From an uncultured Alphaproteobacteria bacterium (GTDB lineage Bacteria > Pseudomonadota > Alphaproteobacteria > Rhizobiales > Xanthobacteraceae), in NCBI GenBank assembly GCA_963709015.1, contig CAVPUU010000058.1, positions 9,658-73,657 of the forward strand: a stretch of DNA of 64,000 nt, in the 5' to 3' direction. Shown here one piece after another: positions 44,447 to 57,824 of the stretch. Position numbers and translations under genes: made by a program. Numbering within the stretch: the first letter of the stretch is position 1; the number at the start of each line of letters is the position of its first letter. The notes below the pieces were generated by a model, which had not been told where the DNA came from, did not search any database, and saw nothing but the letters and a program-made list of their open reading frames with translations.

Positions 44447-44518
44447 ATGAAACGAGCGACTTCACATCCCGGCCGCCTGCTCAAGCGCGAACTGGCTGCG
44501 CGCAAGCCGAGGACATGA
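44447..44518 (+). pseudogene. Truncated HigA-like antitoxin (23 codons)
   Basis: MKRATSHPGRLLKRELAARKPRT*; HPGxxL start typical of HigA, HTH missing. Confidence 0.6.
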
Positions 44519-44521
44519 AGC

Positions 44522-44821
44522 ATGGCTAGTCAGGTGATCGAAATTGCCCGCCGCGATGGAGCCGAGTTTCGCTCCGTGCGCCTGACCGTTGATGACGGCG
44601 GCGTCATCACGATGGATGCGCAGGATATGGGTCCCACCGTCAGCAAAATATGGGGTGACGACGACTATGAGTTTTGGACGCGCGTAGAACCGGCCTCGCT
44701 TCCCAAACTCGCCTTTGAGCTGTTACGCGAGAAGTTCGCAGGCCGGTTGGACGCGGTCGACGCATTCCGGGACTGGTGCAAGGCGCACGACATCGAGCAC
44801 GAATCCGGTTCTTGGGTCTGA
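44522..44821 (+). CDS. Hypothetical protein
   Basis: 99-aa ORF; WGDDDYEFW and FRDWCKAHDI; flanked by repeats. Confidence 0.7.
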   Translation: MASQVIEIARRDGAEFRSVRLTVDDGGVITMDAQDMGPTVSKIWGDDDYEFWTRVEPASLPKLAFELLREKFAGRLDAVDAFRDWCKAHDIEHESGSWV

Positions 44822-44833
44822 AGCTTGTGGTGT

Positions 44834-44983
44834 GTAGGGCGGGTTGCCGACCTGTCCGCCGACCTGTCCGCCGAAGCCCGGAGGGCGAAGGCGGAAGCTC
44901 GGAGAGCGGAGGCGGGAGGCATAACCCGCCGATTCGTTGAAGCGGCCGGAATGGCGGATTACGCTTCGCTAATCCGCCCTACG
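44834..44983. repeat. GTAG-type REP doublet with two nested 33-nt mini-elements
   Basis: GTAGGGCGGGTTGCCGA[inserts 44851-44916]AGGCATAACCCGCC ... GGCGGATTACGCTTCGCTAATCCGCCCTAC. Confidence 0.85.
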
Positions 44984-44985
44984 GG

Positions 44986-45198
44986 CTACAAATCGTCCGT
45001 CGTCAGGCCGGTGTGCTTGGCGATGCGCGCCAGCATGCGCGGGCCGATTTCGTCGCCGTCGTGAAATGCGAAAACGAAATCGGGCGACCCCGGCCGCTGC
45101 AAGGTGCGATGCGATCCGCTCTGTCGTTTGACGATCCAGCCGATCCGCAACAGCGCCGCGAGCACCCGCGACGCCTTGGCGGCCGGCCAGCAACTCAT
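44986..45198 (-). CDS. hicA: HicA family toxin
   Basis: 70 aa; RIGW..KRQSGSHRTL (GSH motif), FHDGDEIGPRMLARIAK. Confidence 0.88.
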   Translation of the reverse strand: MSCWPAAKASRVLAALLRIGWIVKRQSGSHRTLQRPGSPDFVFAFHDGDEIGPRMLARIAKHTGLTTDDL

Positions 45199-45398
45199 GC
45201 AAGCTGGAACATGCCGGCGAGGTCTTGCGGCAGCGCTTCGCCGTTCTCGACCCGCTCGGCGATCACGCGAAGCGCGAGTGCCGTAGCCTTGGAGCGCGCC
45301 TCTGTGTCGGATGCCCCGTAACTGAGGACGCCGGGCAGGGCCGGCACTTCCGCCAGCCAGCGGCCATCGTCCTCGCGTTCGGTTTCAATGCGCAGCAT
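45195..45398 (-). CDS. hicB: Short HicB family antitoxin
   Basis: EREDDGRWLAEVPALPGVLSYG; 4-nt overlap with the hicA start. Confidence 0.86.
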   Translation of the reverse strand: MLRIETEREDDGRWLAEVPALPGVLSYGASDTEARSKATALALRVIAERVENGEALPQDLAGMFQLA

Positions 45399-45470
45399 GC
45401 GGGATAGATAGCATTGCAGGCGCGGTTTGTCATGGCCGGGCTTGCCGAATGCGCCGGGCGCGTCAGTCCA

Positions 45471-45542
45471 TCCGCTCGTCCCCGCGAAAGCGGGGACCCA
45501 GGTGCCAAGAACTGGATTCCCGCTTGCGCGGGAATGAACGGA
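45471..45542. repeat. CCCGCGAAAGCGGG...CCCGCTTGCGCGGG doublet repeat
   Basis: CGTCCCCGCGAAAGCGGGGACCCAG / CTGGATTCCCGCTTGCGCGGGAATGAACG; related copy at 56080-56176. Confidence 0.8.
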
Positions 45543-45553
45543 GCAGGGCGGGT

Positions 45554-45619
45554 TAACACGAGCGTATCCACTGACTTCTTCAAGGCATCAATCTTCTTTT
45601 CCAAACCGTCAGTAGCCAT
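45554..45619 (-). pseudogene. 5' half (22 codons) of small HTH-like gene 2, split by an inversion
   Basis: MATDGLEKKIDALKKSVDTLVL; joins in frame with 46652-46771 after re-inversion. Confidence 0.78.
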
Positions 45620-45621
45620 AG

Positions 45622-45837
45622 CTATTTCTTTCTTTTTTTCAGACGCGAACGGATGACGCTGACGGTGTTGGTCGAGGTACTAAGTATCTCTGCGATCTCC
45701 GTCGGAGAAAGACCCAAGCGAGTTAGAAGATCTACTCCTTCGGACACCGAAAAGTTTTCGGAGTGGTCCTTAATGTGAAGCGCGATCAAAACGCCTAGGC
45801 GCTTGGAGATAGATTCAAGTAGCTTGGTACTTTCCAT
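45622..45837 (-). CDS. Small HTH protein 1 (71 aa)
   Basis: MESTKLLESISKRLGVLIALHIK...LGLSPTEIAEILSTSTNTVSVIRSRLKKRKK; AT-rich. Confidence 0.8.
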   Translation of the reverse strand: MESTKLLESISKRLGVLIALHIKDHSENFSVSEGVDLLTRLGLSPTEIAEILSTSTNTVSVIRSRLKKRKK

Positions 45838-45844
45838 AGTTGCA

Positions 45845-45870
45845 TTACGCCCTCGGCTAACCCGCCCCAC
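45845..45870 (-). repeat. Truncated GTAG-type REP
   Basis: Minus strand reads GTGGGGCGGGTTAGCCGAGGGCGTAA and stops before CCCGCC; the HTH1 ATG follows 7 nt later. Confidence 0.72.
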
Positions 45871-45918
45871 GCGTTATTTTTCTAGCGGTGTAAGCAGCGA
45901 GCGCAGCGCCCTCCCTCG

Positions 45919-46498
45919 TCAATGAAACTTCTCTCCCCTCCCCAACATCTCCAAAATCGCCTTCATCCGTTTCTCGCGCGTCTCCGGCTTTTTCGCCGTC
46001 TGCAATCGAAACGTGATCGCATAGACATTGGCACGGTTGAGCGTGGCGAAGAACGCCTTGGCCTTCGCGTTCCTTGAAAGCGCCGTCAGGAAGTCCTTCG
46101 GCAGTTCCGACTTGCTCGGCGCGTCATAGGCAACCTTCAGACGTCCGTCGGCCTTCGCGGTCTCAACGGCCTTCAAGCCGGCGGCTTTCATCTTGCCGGC
46201 CTTGGTCAGGCGCGCAACGTGTTCGAGGTTTTTCTTCGACCAGATGCTTTTGGCGCGGCGCGGCGTGAATTTGCGCAGCCACGATTGTGCGTCGTAACTT
46301 TTCAGTTGTCCGTCGATCCAGCCGTAACACAGCGCCGCGTCGAGCGCTTCGGCGTAACTCACGGAAGGCGTGGCCGAGGTCTTTTTGAACAGCCGCAGCC
46401 AGAATTCCATCCGACGTCCCGTGATGCTTCGCGAGCCATTGCTGCCATGCTTTTGCAGATGCAAAGGCGAGGATTGGAATTTCGGCGGTGACTTTCAT
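45919..46498 (-). CDS. YdeI/OmpD-associated family protein (one frameshift)
   Basis: WQQWLAKHH, YAEALDAALCYGWIDG, FTPRRAKSIWS, AKKPETREKR. Confidence 0.87.
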
Positions 46499-46541
46499 GA
46501 AGCAATCCTTGGCGCCCGGCTTGCCCGGCCGCGACCAGCCC

Positions 46542-46652
46542 GTAAGGTGGATTGGCGAAGCGTAATCCGCCAATTAATTTCCGTCCAAATGCAAATCGGC
46601 GGGTTACGCATCCCGCCTACGCTCTGCGAGCTTCGGTGGGCAGGTCGGCTAA
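46542..46652. repeat. GTAG-type REP doublet with a nested 33-nt mini-element, cut by the inversion breakpoint
   Basis: GTAAGGTGGATTGGCGAAGCGTAATCCGCC ... GGCGGGTTACGCAT[46612-46644]TCGGCTAA; the missing end GCAGGGCGGG lies at 45543-45552. Confidence 0.8.
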
Positions 46653-46771
46653 TCGAAGTGGCAAAGTCGGGTGCCACTAGGGATCAAGCGCGCCGGGCGC
46701 TTGGTTCGTTGGACAATAACGCGGACTCGCAGATAAGCGCTCTATTCAACGATCCTAAAGGCAAAAAATAA
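46652..46771 (+). pseudogene. 3' half of small HTH-like gene 2
   Basis: IEVAKSGATRDQARRALGSLDNNADSQISALFNDPKGKK*; stop is 1 nt before the next ATG. Confidence 0.75.
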
Positions 46772-46772
46772 A

Positions 46773-46946
46773 ATGGCGAAATCACAAAAGGCTTCTGAGA
46801 AGGAGCGAACCATCGACCTTCTGGAGCGCATTGGTGCGGCGCTCCTTTATACGAAGACAAACCTAAGTCAGACTGCGGTGGCAAAAGTCTTAGGTGTCGA
46901 TAACAACCGCATCAACAAAATATTAAAAGGCGTTGAGAAGGACTAA
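46773..46946 (+). CDS. Small HTH protein 3 (57 aa; absent from the ORF track)
   Basis: MAKSQKASEKERTIDLLERIGAALLYTKTNLSQTAVAKVLGVDNNRINKILKGVEKD*. Confidence 0.78.
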   Translation: MAKSQKASEKERTIDLLERIGAALLYTKTNLSQTAVAKVLGVDNNRINKILKGVEKD

Positions 46947-46951
46947 TAATC

Positions 46952-47111
46952 ATGGGTAAAAAAAAGTCTGACAAGTTGGAGCCGATGGAGGAGATCAAGA
47001 GACTTCTTGGTTCTCGGGCTAATTAATCAGGGGGTGAAGGGAAAAGACATCGCGGCCGTGTTACAGGTCGACCCTGCAATTATCAGCCGAATGATTTCTG
47101 GCAAGAATTAA
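46952..47111 (+). CDS. Small HTH protein 4 (52 aa after removing one extra base at ~47008)
   Basis: MGKKKSDKLEPMEEIKRLL/VLGLINQGVKGKDIAAVLQVDPAIISRMISGKN*. Confidence 0.7.
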
Positions 47112-47115
47112 AAAT

Positions 47116-47694
47116 ATGGCTGATAGGCTCAACCCCAGCATTTTGGAAACATTGGTCACGAAGACTGGCAAAACGGCTCAGCAGATCCGGCCAAGGCTGT
47201 CGGAGCTGCGCCGAAAGCATAGTGGGTTGACGATGAACGCTGCAGCGCAGATGTACGCTCGGACGCACGGGACTTCTATAATGGCGAAGCTCGATCAGAC
47301 GGATAGACAATCACTTGCTACCGTGCAGTCTATTACTCAGGTGAGCGTCTCCACCGTATCGAAGGTCGACAAGCGCACGTTGAACATCAACAACTCGCCA
47401 ATCCACAATCTCTCATTTGGCGATCGAAATACGCTTAGCCAGAGCGTGATCGCGCTAGACGACCACCTAGCCAAGTTGTCAAAGAAGATAGAGCAAAGCG
47501 CCGCGTTAAAGCCAGAAGAGAAAGCTGACTATAAGTCTGATATACAAACCATCGCTAGCCAGATCGGGAAGAGCAAACCAAGTAGGACAATTATTAAGAC
47601 AGCATGGAACGGCGTTAAGGCTTTGGCCGAGATTGAAGGATTTGCACAGTTGATCAGCCGAATTACTCCTCTCATCGCGGGCTTTTTCTCGTAG
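47116..47694 (+). CDS. 192-aa two-domain hypothetical protein, putative effector
   Basis: Intact AT-rich ORF 4 nt after HTH4; helical N-domain, N/S-rich linker, amphipathic helical C-domain. Confidence 0.8.
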   Translation: MADRLNPSILETLVTKTGKTAQQIRPRLSELRRKHSGLTMNAAAQMYARTHGTSIMAKLDQTDRQSLATVQSITQVSVSTVSKVDKRTLNINNSPIHNLSFGDRNTLSQSVIALDDHLAKLSKKIEQSAALKPEEKADYKSDIQTIASQIGKSKPSRTIIKTAWNGVKALAEIEGFAQLISRITPLIAGFFS

Positions 47695-47708
47695 AGAGGT
47701 ATCCGCGG

Positions 47709-50640
<2,932 letters not shown>

Positions 50641-50718
50641 TGGGCTTAAATTGGAACCCGAGCAAACGCCCCACGCGCGGCGCCGCGGATTTGCGGGTCG
50701 CCGGGGGCGCGCAGCCCG

Positions 50719-50733
50719 GAACGTAGTGAGAAC
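50719..50733. promoter_or_regulatory. Alphaproteobacterial LexA (SOS) box upstream of uvrA
   Basis: GAAC-GTAGTGA-GAAC fits GAAC-N7-GAAC; about 80 nt upstream of the uvrA start. Confidence 0.8.
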
Positions 50734-50786
50734 GACGGCTTTTCGCCAGTCCCTGAGGAGGCCCGATCGGCGCAGTGGGGATAACC

Positions 50787-50821
50787 AAAAACGCAGGGCC
50801 GGCGCTCAGGCCGGCCCGTGC
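50787..50821 (-). terminator. Probable intrinsic terminator of the omp gene
   Basis: GGGCCGGC-gctcag-GCCGGCCC hairpin followed by a T-run on the minus strand. Confidence 0.6.
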
Positions 50822-50843
50822 AGTCGTTGTGCTGGCGCAGGAC

Positions 50844-51506
50844 TTAGAAGTGGTAGTTCACGCCGCCGCGCACGATGCTGGTCTTGAAGTTGACGTCGGT
50901 GGCGAGCGCGCAGGTGGCCGCGCTGCAATTCGCCTTGCCGAGATCGGCATAGAGATATTCGACCTTGGCCGACCAGGCGCCCTGAAACGCGTATTCGAGA
51001 CCGCCGCCGGCGGTCCAGCCGATTTTGGTTTCGGTCTCGGACGGCAAGCCGCCCGGCGTCATCTTCACGTCGGCAAAGGCCGCGCCGCCGGTGACGAAAG
51101 GCATCCAGCGATCGAAGGCATAGCCGACGCGGGCGCGCGCCGTCGCGAACCAGTCGTTTTTGGTCTCGCAGCAGGCGGTGGCGTCCGTGCCCTTGATCCA
51201 ACTGGCGTCGATGTCGCCTTCCGCGCCCAGCACGAACTGGCTGGTTTGCAGGTTGTAGCCGATCGTGCCGCCGACCATGCCGCCCCTGACGTTGAAGTTG
51301 CCGGTGGCGGCGCCGGTTGAATCGGTCCAGTTCGATGTGCCCCAGGCGTAGCCGCCGTTGATGCCGACGTAGAAGCCGGTCCAGTTGAACGGCGCGCTGG
51401 CGGCGGGCGCCTTAAAGGCGGGGCGCGACAGGTCGGCGGCGAGCGATGGCCCCGCCACCGCGCAAGCCAGCAGGCCCGCACACGCCGCGAGAGTGAAACG
51501 CTGCAT
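50844..51506 (-). CDS. Omp25/Omp31-like outer membrane protein
   Basis: [35 protein letters not shown], terminal NYHF. Confidence 0.9.
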   Translation of the reverse strand: MQRFTLAACAGLLACAVAGPSLAADLSRPAFKAPAASAPFNWTGFYVGINGGYAWGTSNWTDSTGAATGNFNVRGGMVGGTIGYNLQTSQFVLGAEGDIDASWIKGTDATACCETKNDWFATARARVGYAFDRWMPFVTGGAAFADVKMTPGGLPSETETKIGWTAGGGLEYAFQGAWSAKVEYLYADLGKANCSAATCALATDVNFKTSIVRGGVNYHF

Positions 51507-51655
51507 CTATTCCCTCCTGATGATTTCGGCCGAAGCGAACTCCGGGACAGGGGGCGGACGCTATATGTTGTGGATGATTCGAACTGTGATCTTTATACAA
51601 CAGAAAGAGCGAATTATTGAGCCGAATCAGTTGCCTAATTGGTTAATATCCACTA

Positions 51656-51670
51656 GAACAAAAAAAGAAC
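51656..51670. promoter_or_regulatory. LexA (SOS) box upstream of ssb
   Basis: GAAC-AAAAAAA-GAAC fits GAAC-N7-GAAC. Confidence 0.75.
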
Positions 51671-51860
51671 AAGATTGTGGCCCGATTATTCGGTACAACC
51701 TGGGCGGCACGATAGAAGCGCTGTGGATTAAGGCCGAACGCGCTTGCCGCATCGGGGCCGACGACTAGGGTGAGAAGTTAATTTTCGGGGCGGCGCGCGG
51801 CGGGCGGCCCCATTACCGGCGAGGCCGCGCAATCGCGCGACCGCCAGCGCGGAGAGCATC

Positions 51861-52349
51861 ATGGCAGGCAGCGTCAACAAGGTGATCTTGATCGGCAATC
51901 TCGGCGCGGACCCGGAAATCCGCCGCACCCAGGACGGTCGCCCGATCGCGAATTTGCGCGTCGCAACCTCGGAGAGCTGGCGCGACAAGGCGACCGGCGA
52001 GCGCAAGGAGAAGACCGAGTGGCACCGGGTGGTCATCTTCAACGAAGGCCTGTGCAGGATCGCCGAGCAGTACTTGAAGAAGGGCGCGAAGGTTTATCTC
52101 GAAGGCGCGCTGCAGACGCGCAAATGGACCGACAAGGACGAACACGAGCGCTACTCGACCGAGGTAGTGCTGCAAGGGTTCAATTCGTCGCTCACCATGC
52201 TGGAGGCTACGCGCGGCGGCGGCGGGGCTGACGACAGGCTCCGACGGGCGGCGACGATTTCGGCGGCAGCGCGCCGCCACGCGAGCGCAAGCCGGCGATG
52301 GCGGGCGCCGGCAAGTCGCGCCGACATGGACGACGAGATTCCGTTCTGA
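51861..52349 (+). CDS. ssb: Single-stranded DNA-binding protein
   Basis: [27 protein letters not shown]-terminal MDDEIPF. Confidence 0.97.
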   Translation: MAGSVNKVILIGNLGADPEIRRTQDGRPIANLRVATSESWRDKATGERKEKTEWHRVVIFNEGLCRIAEQYLKKGAKVYLEGALQTRKWTDKDEHERYSTEVVLQGFNSSLTMLEATRGGGGADDRLRRAATISAAARRHASASRRWRAPASRADMDDEIPF

Positions 52350-52368
52350 CGTTGAAGCGGCTTTTGAT

Positions 52369-52483
52369 CCGTCACCCTGAGGCGCGAGGTCGCGAAGCGA
52401 TCGAGCCTCGAAGGGCGACGGCCCGGATTTCAGCGGCCGTTATCCTTCGAGGCCCGGCTTCGCCGGGCACCTCAGAATGACGG
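52369..52483. repeat. GTCACCCTGAGG...CCTCAGAATGAC doublet repeat
   Basis: Same family as 24296-24401; between convergent ssb and marC. Confidence 0.8.
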
Positions 52484-52519
52484 GTAGAGGGCGGTGCAGT
52501 TCCAACCCTGCTGATTGCA

Positions 52520-53147
52520 TCACCCAGCCATCGCCGCGCGCACGCCGTCGATGACAAACTGAACGGCAAGCGCGGCGAGCAGCACGCCGAGCAGGCGCGA
52601 CAGAACGATATTGGCGGTGGTGCCGAGCATGCTGGCGATGCGCGCGGCCAGCAGGAACGCGACAAAACAAAGCACCATCACAGGGGCGACCACGCCGAGC
52701 AACGCGGCCAGCCGCAGCGGCTCGCCAGCGGCGCGGCCTGCGAGCAGCACGGTGGCGGTGATGGCGCCGGGTCCCGCCATCAGCGGAATGGCGAGCGGGA
52801 AGGCGGCGATGTTGCGCACGTGCTCTTCGATGGCTTCCTCGGCCTGGCGCGATTGCCGCACCGTGCGCACGCCGAACACCATTTCCGAAGCGATGGAAAA
52901 CAGCAGCAAGCCGCCGGCGATGCGGAACGCGGGCAGCCCGATCGACGAGCGTGCGCAGCAGCCAGTCGCCGATCAGCGCGCTGCCGGCGAGGATGGCGGC
53001 GGCGATCAGGCAGGCGCGCAGCGCCACGCTGCGGCGCGACCGCGCCGGCAGGCCCTGCGTGACCGCAACGAAGGTCGGCACCAGGCCGAGCGGATCGACC
53101 ACCACGGCCAGTGTCACCAGCGCGGAGATGAGGAATTCGAGCGGCAT
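52520..53147 (-). CDS. MarC family membrane protein (one frameshift)
   Basis: VVVDPLG, AFPLAIPLMAGPGAI, SRLLGVLLAALAVQF. Confidence 0.88.
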
Positions 53148-53346
53148 AAGTTCCGCGTAGCGGCGGCTTACCGGCGGGTCAAATCGAGGCGCGCATTCGC
53201 GGCCCTGCGGCGGCTTCTGAATTGATGCGTAAATCATTGAAATATCGTTGAAAAATAGGCCTGTATTACGCCGCGTTTTCGGGTGGCCATCCGAGGGTGA
53301 ATCAGTTACGAAAATTGGTCCGTAAAATACGCCGCGGGAAGTACCC

Positions 53347-56073
<2,727 letters not shown>

Positions 56074-56079
56074 ACTTTA

Positions 56080-56176
56080 CTGTCATGCCCGCGAAAGCGG
56101 GTATCCAGTACCCCGGTCTTGATGTTATCCGATAAACCGTGATTACTGGATCGTCCGCTTGCGCGGACGATGACAG
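56080..56176. repeat. GTCATGCCCGCGAAAGCGGG...GCGCGGACGATGAC doublet repeat
   Basis: CTGTCAT/ATGACAG ends, inner ATCCAGTA/TACTGGAT. Confidence 0.8.
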
Positions 56177-56185
56177 CGGCGCCCC

Positions 56186-56801
56186 ATGAACTACCAACTC
56201 TTCTCCGCCTTCCTCCTGATCACCTTGGTGCTGGTGATCGTGCCGGGGCCAATCGTAACTCTGGTGATCGCGACCGGCGCGACGCAGGGCACGCGGCCGG
56301 CTTTGATCACCGTGGCCGGCAGCACGAGCGGCAACGCGCTGCTGATCAGCGGCATTGCGCTGGGGCTGAGCATCGTCATTCAACATGCGTCGGAGATTTT
56401 CGAATGGCTGCGCTGGATCGGCGCGGCCTATCTGGTCTGGCTCGGCATGCAGGCCTGGCGGCATGCCGGCACGGCTGCCGCGCTCGCGCCGCCGCGCGGG
56501 CATGTCTATTTCCGCCGCGGGTTTCTGGCGGCGATCTCCAACCCGAAAACGATTGCCTTCTTCACGGCGTTTCTGCCGCAATTCCTCGATCCCACGCTTC
56601 CGGCGGGGCACCAGCTTCTGGTGATGTGCGCCGTGGCGATCACGATGGCGTCGCTGACGGACTGCGCCTGGGCGGTGGTCGCCGGCGCGGGCCGTAGTCT
56701 TCTTCTTGCAACGCGCCAATGCGCGATGGCTCGGCCGGCTGTCCGGGACGGCGCTGATCGGCGGCGGGGTCTGGCTGTCGCTGGCACGGCGGCCGGGATA
56801 G
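56186..56801 (+). CDS. LysE/RhtB family translocator (3' frameshift)
   Basis: VPGP, WIGAAYLVWLG, SNPKTIAFFTAFLPQF. Confidence 0.87.
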
Positions 56802-56804
56802 CCC

Positions 56805-57762
56805 TCACTTCGCCTTGAGGTTAAGCTCCGCGACGATCGGCTTCCACTTCTGCGTTTCGCTCGCCATGCGCTCGGCCAGCGCCAGCGGTGTGCCGCCGCG
56901 CGGCTGCGCGCCGAGCCGGGCGAGGATGCTTTTCATCGGCTCGCTGACGAGCGCCTTGTTGAGCGCGGCGTTGAGCTGGGCGACGATCGCGCCCGGCGTG
57001 CTGCTTGGGCGCCAGCAGCGCGGTCCAGGCACCGGTCGAGACCGTCGGGAAGCCCTGCTCGCGCATGGTCGGCACGTCCGGCAATTCGGCGACGCGCCTG
57101 GGGCCGACGACCGCCAGCGCGCGCAACTTGCCGTCGCGCGCCAGCGGCAGCGACGTGGCGAGGGTGTCGAAGGTCATCTGCGTTTCGCCGGCCACCACGG
57201 CGGTGAGCGCCGGCCCGCCGCCTTTGTAGGGCACGTGCACGATATCGGTGCCGGTGATCTTTTTGAACAGCTCGGCGGAGAGATGCGGCAGCGTGCCGAT
57301 GCCGCCGGTCGAATAATTGAGCTTGCCGGGATTGGCCTTGGCATACACAACGAGCTCCGCGACCGTCTTCACCGGCAGCTTGGGATTGACCACCAGCAAT
57401 TGCGGCGTCTCCGCGATCAGCGCGATCGGGGCGAAGCTCGACGCGTCGTAGCCCGCGTTGGAATAGATCATCGGGCTCATGATCAGCCCGCTCGCCGCCG
57501 ACACCGTCAAGGTGTAGCCGTCGGGCGCGGCCTCGGCCGCGATTTTGGAGCCGATGATATTGCCGGCGCCCGGCTTGTTCTCGACAATGACGTTCTGCCC
57601 AAGGCTCGCCGGCAACGCGGCGGCGACGAGGCGCGCCATCACGTCGACGGGGCCGCCCGCCGGCGTCGGCACGATGATGCGGACCGGACGGTCGGGGTAC
57701 GATTGCGCGAGAGCCGGCGCCGCCAACAGCAAGGCCAGGCCTGCGAGCAGAAGCCGGCGCAT
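56805..57762 (-). CDS. Bug/TctC tripartite tricarboxylate transporter substrate-binding protein (one frameshift)
   Basis: YPDRPVRIIVP, VENKPGAG, HVPYKGG. Confidence 0.88.
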
Positions 57763-57824
57763 GACGTCCTCCCTGCGGGATATCGAGGTTCCTCCGGAAA
57801 TCTAACGCGCCGGCACGCGAGCGG

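Noticed and set aside
45263-45553. 118-aa ORF 45263-45619 and 133-aa ORF 46370-46771 as real proteins
   Set aside because: They are chimeric read-throughs across the inversion junctions; only the HTH2-derived parts look coding.
43237-46652. CRISPR array or integron
   Set aside because: The repeats belong to different palindromic families with irregular spacing; no cas genes, no intI, and no attC-like structure were recognised.
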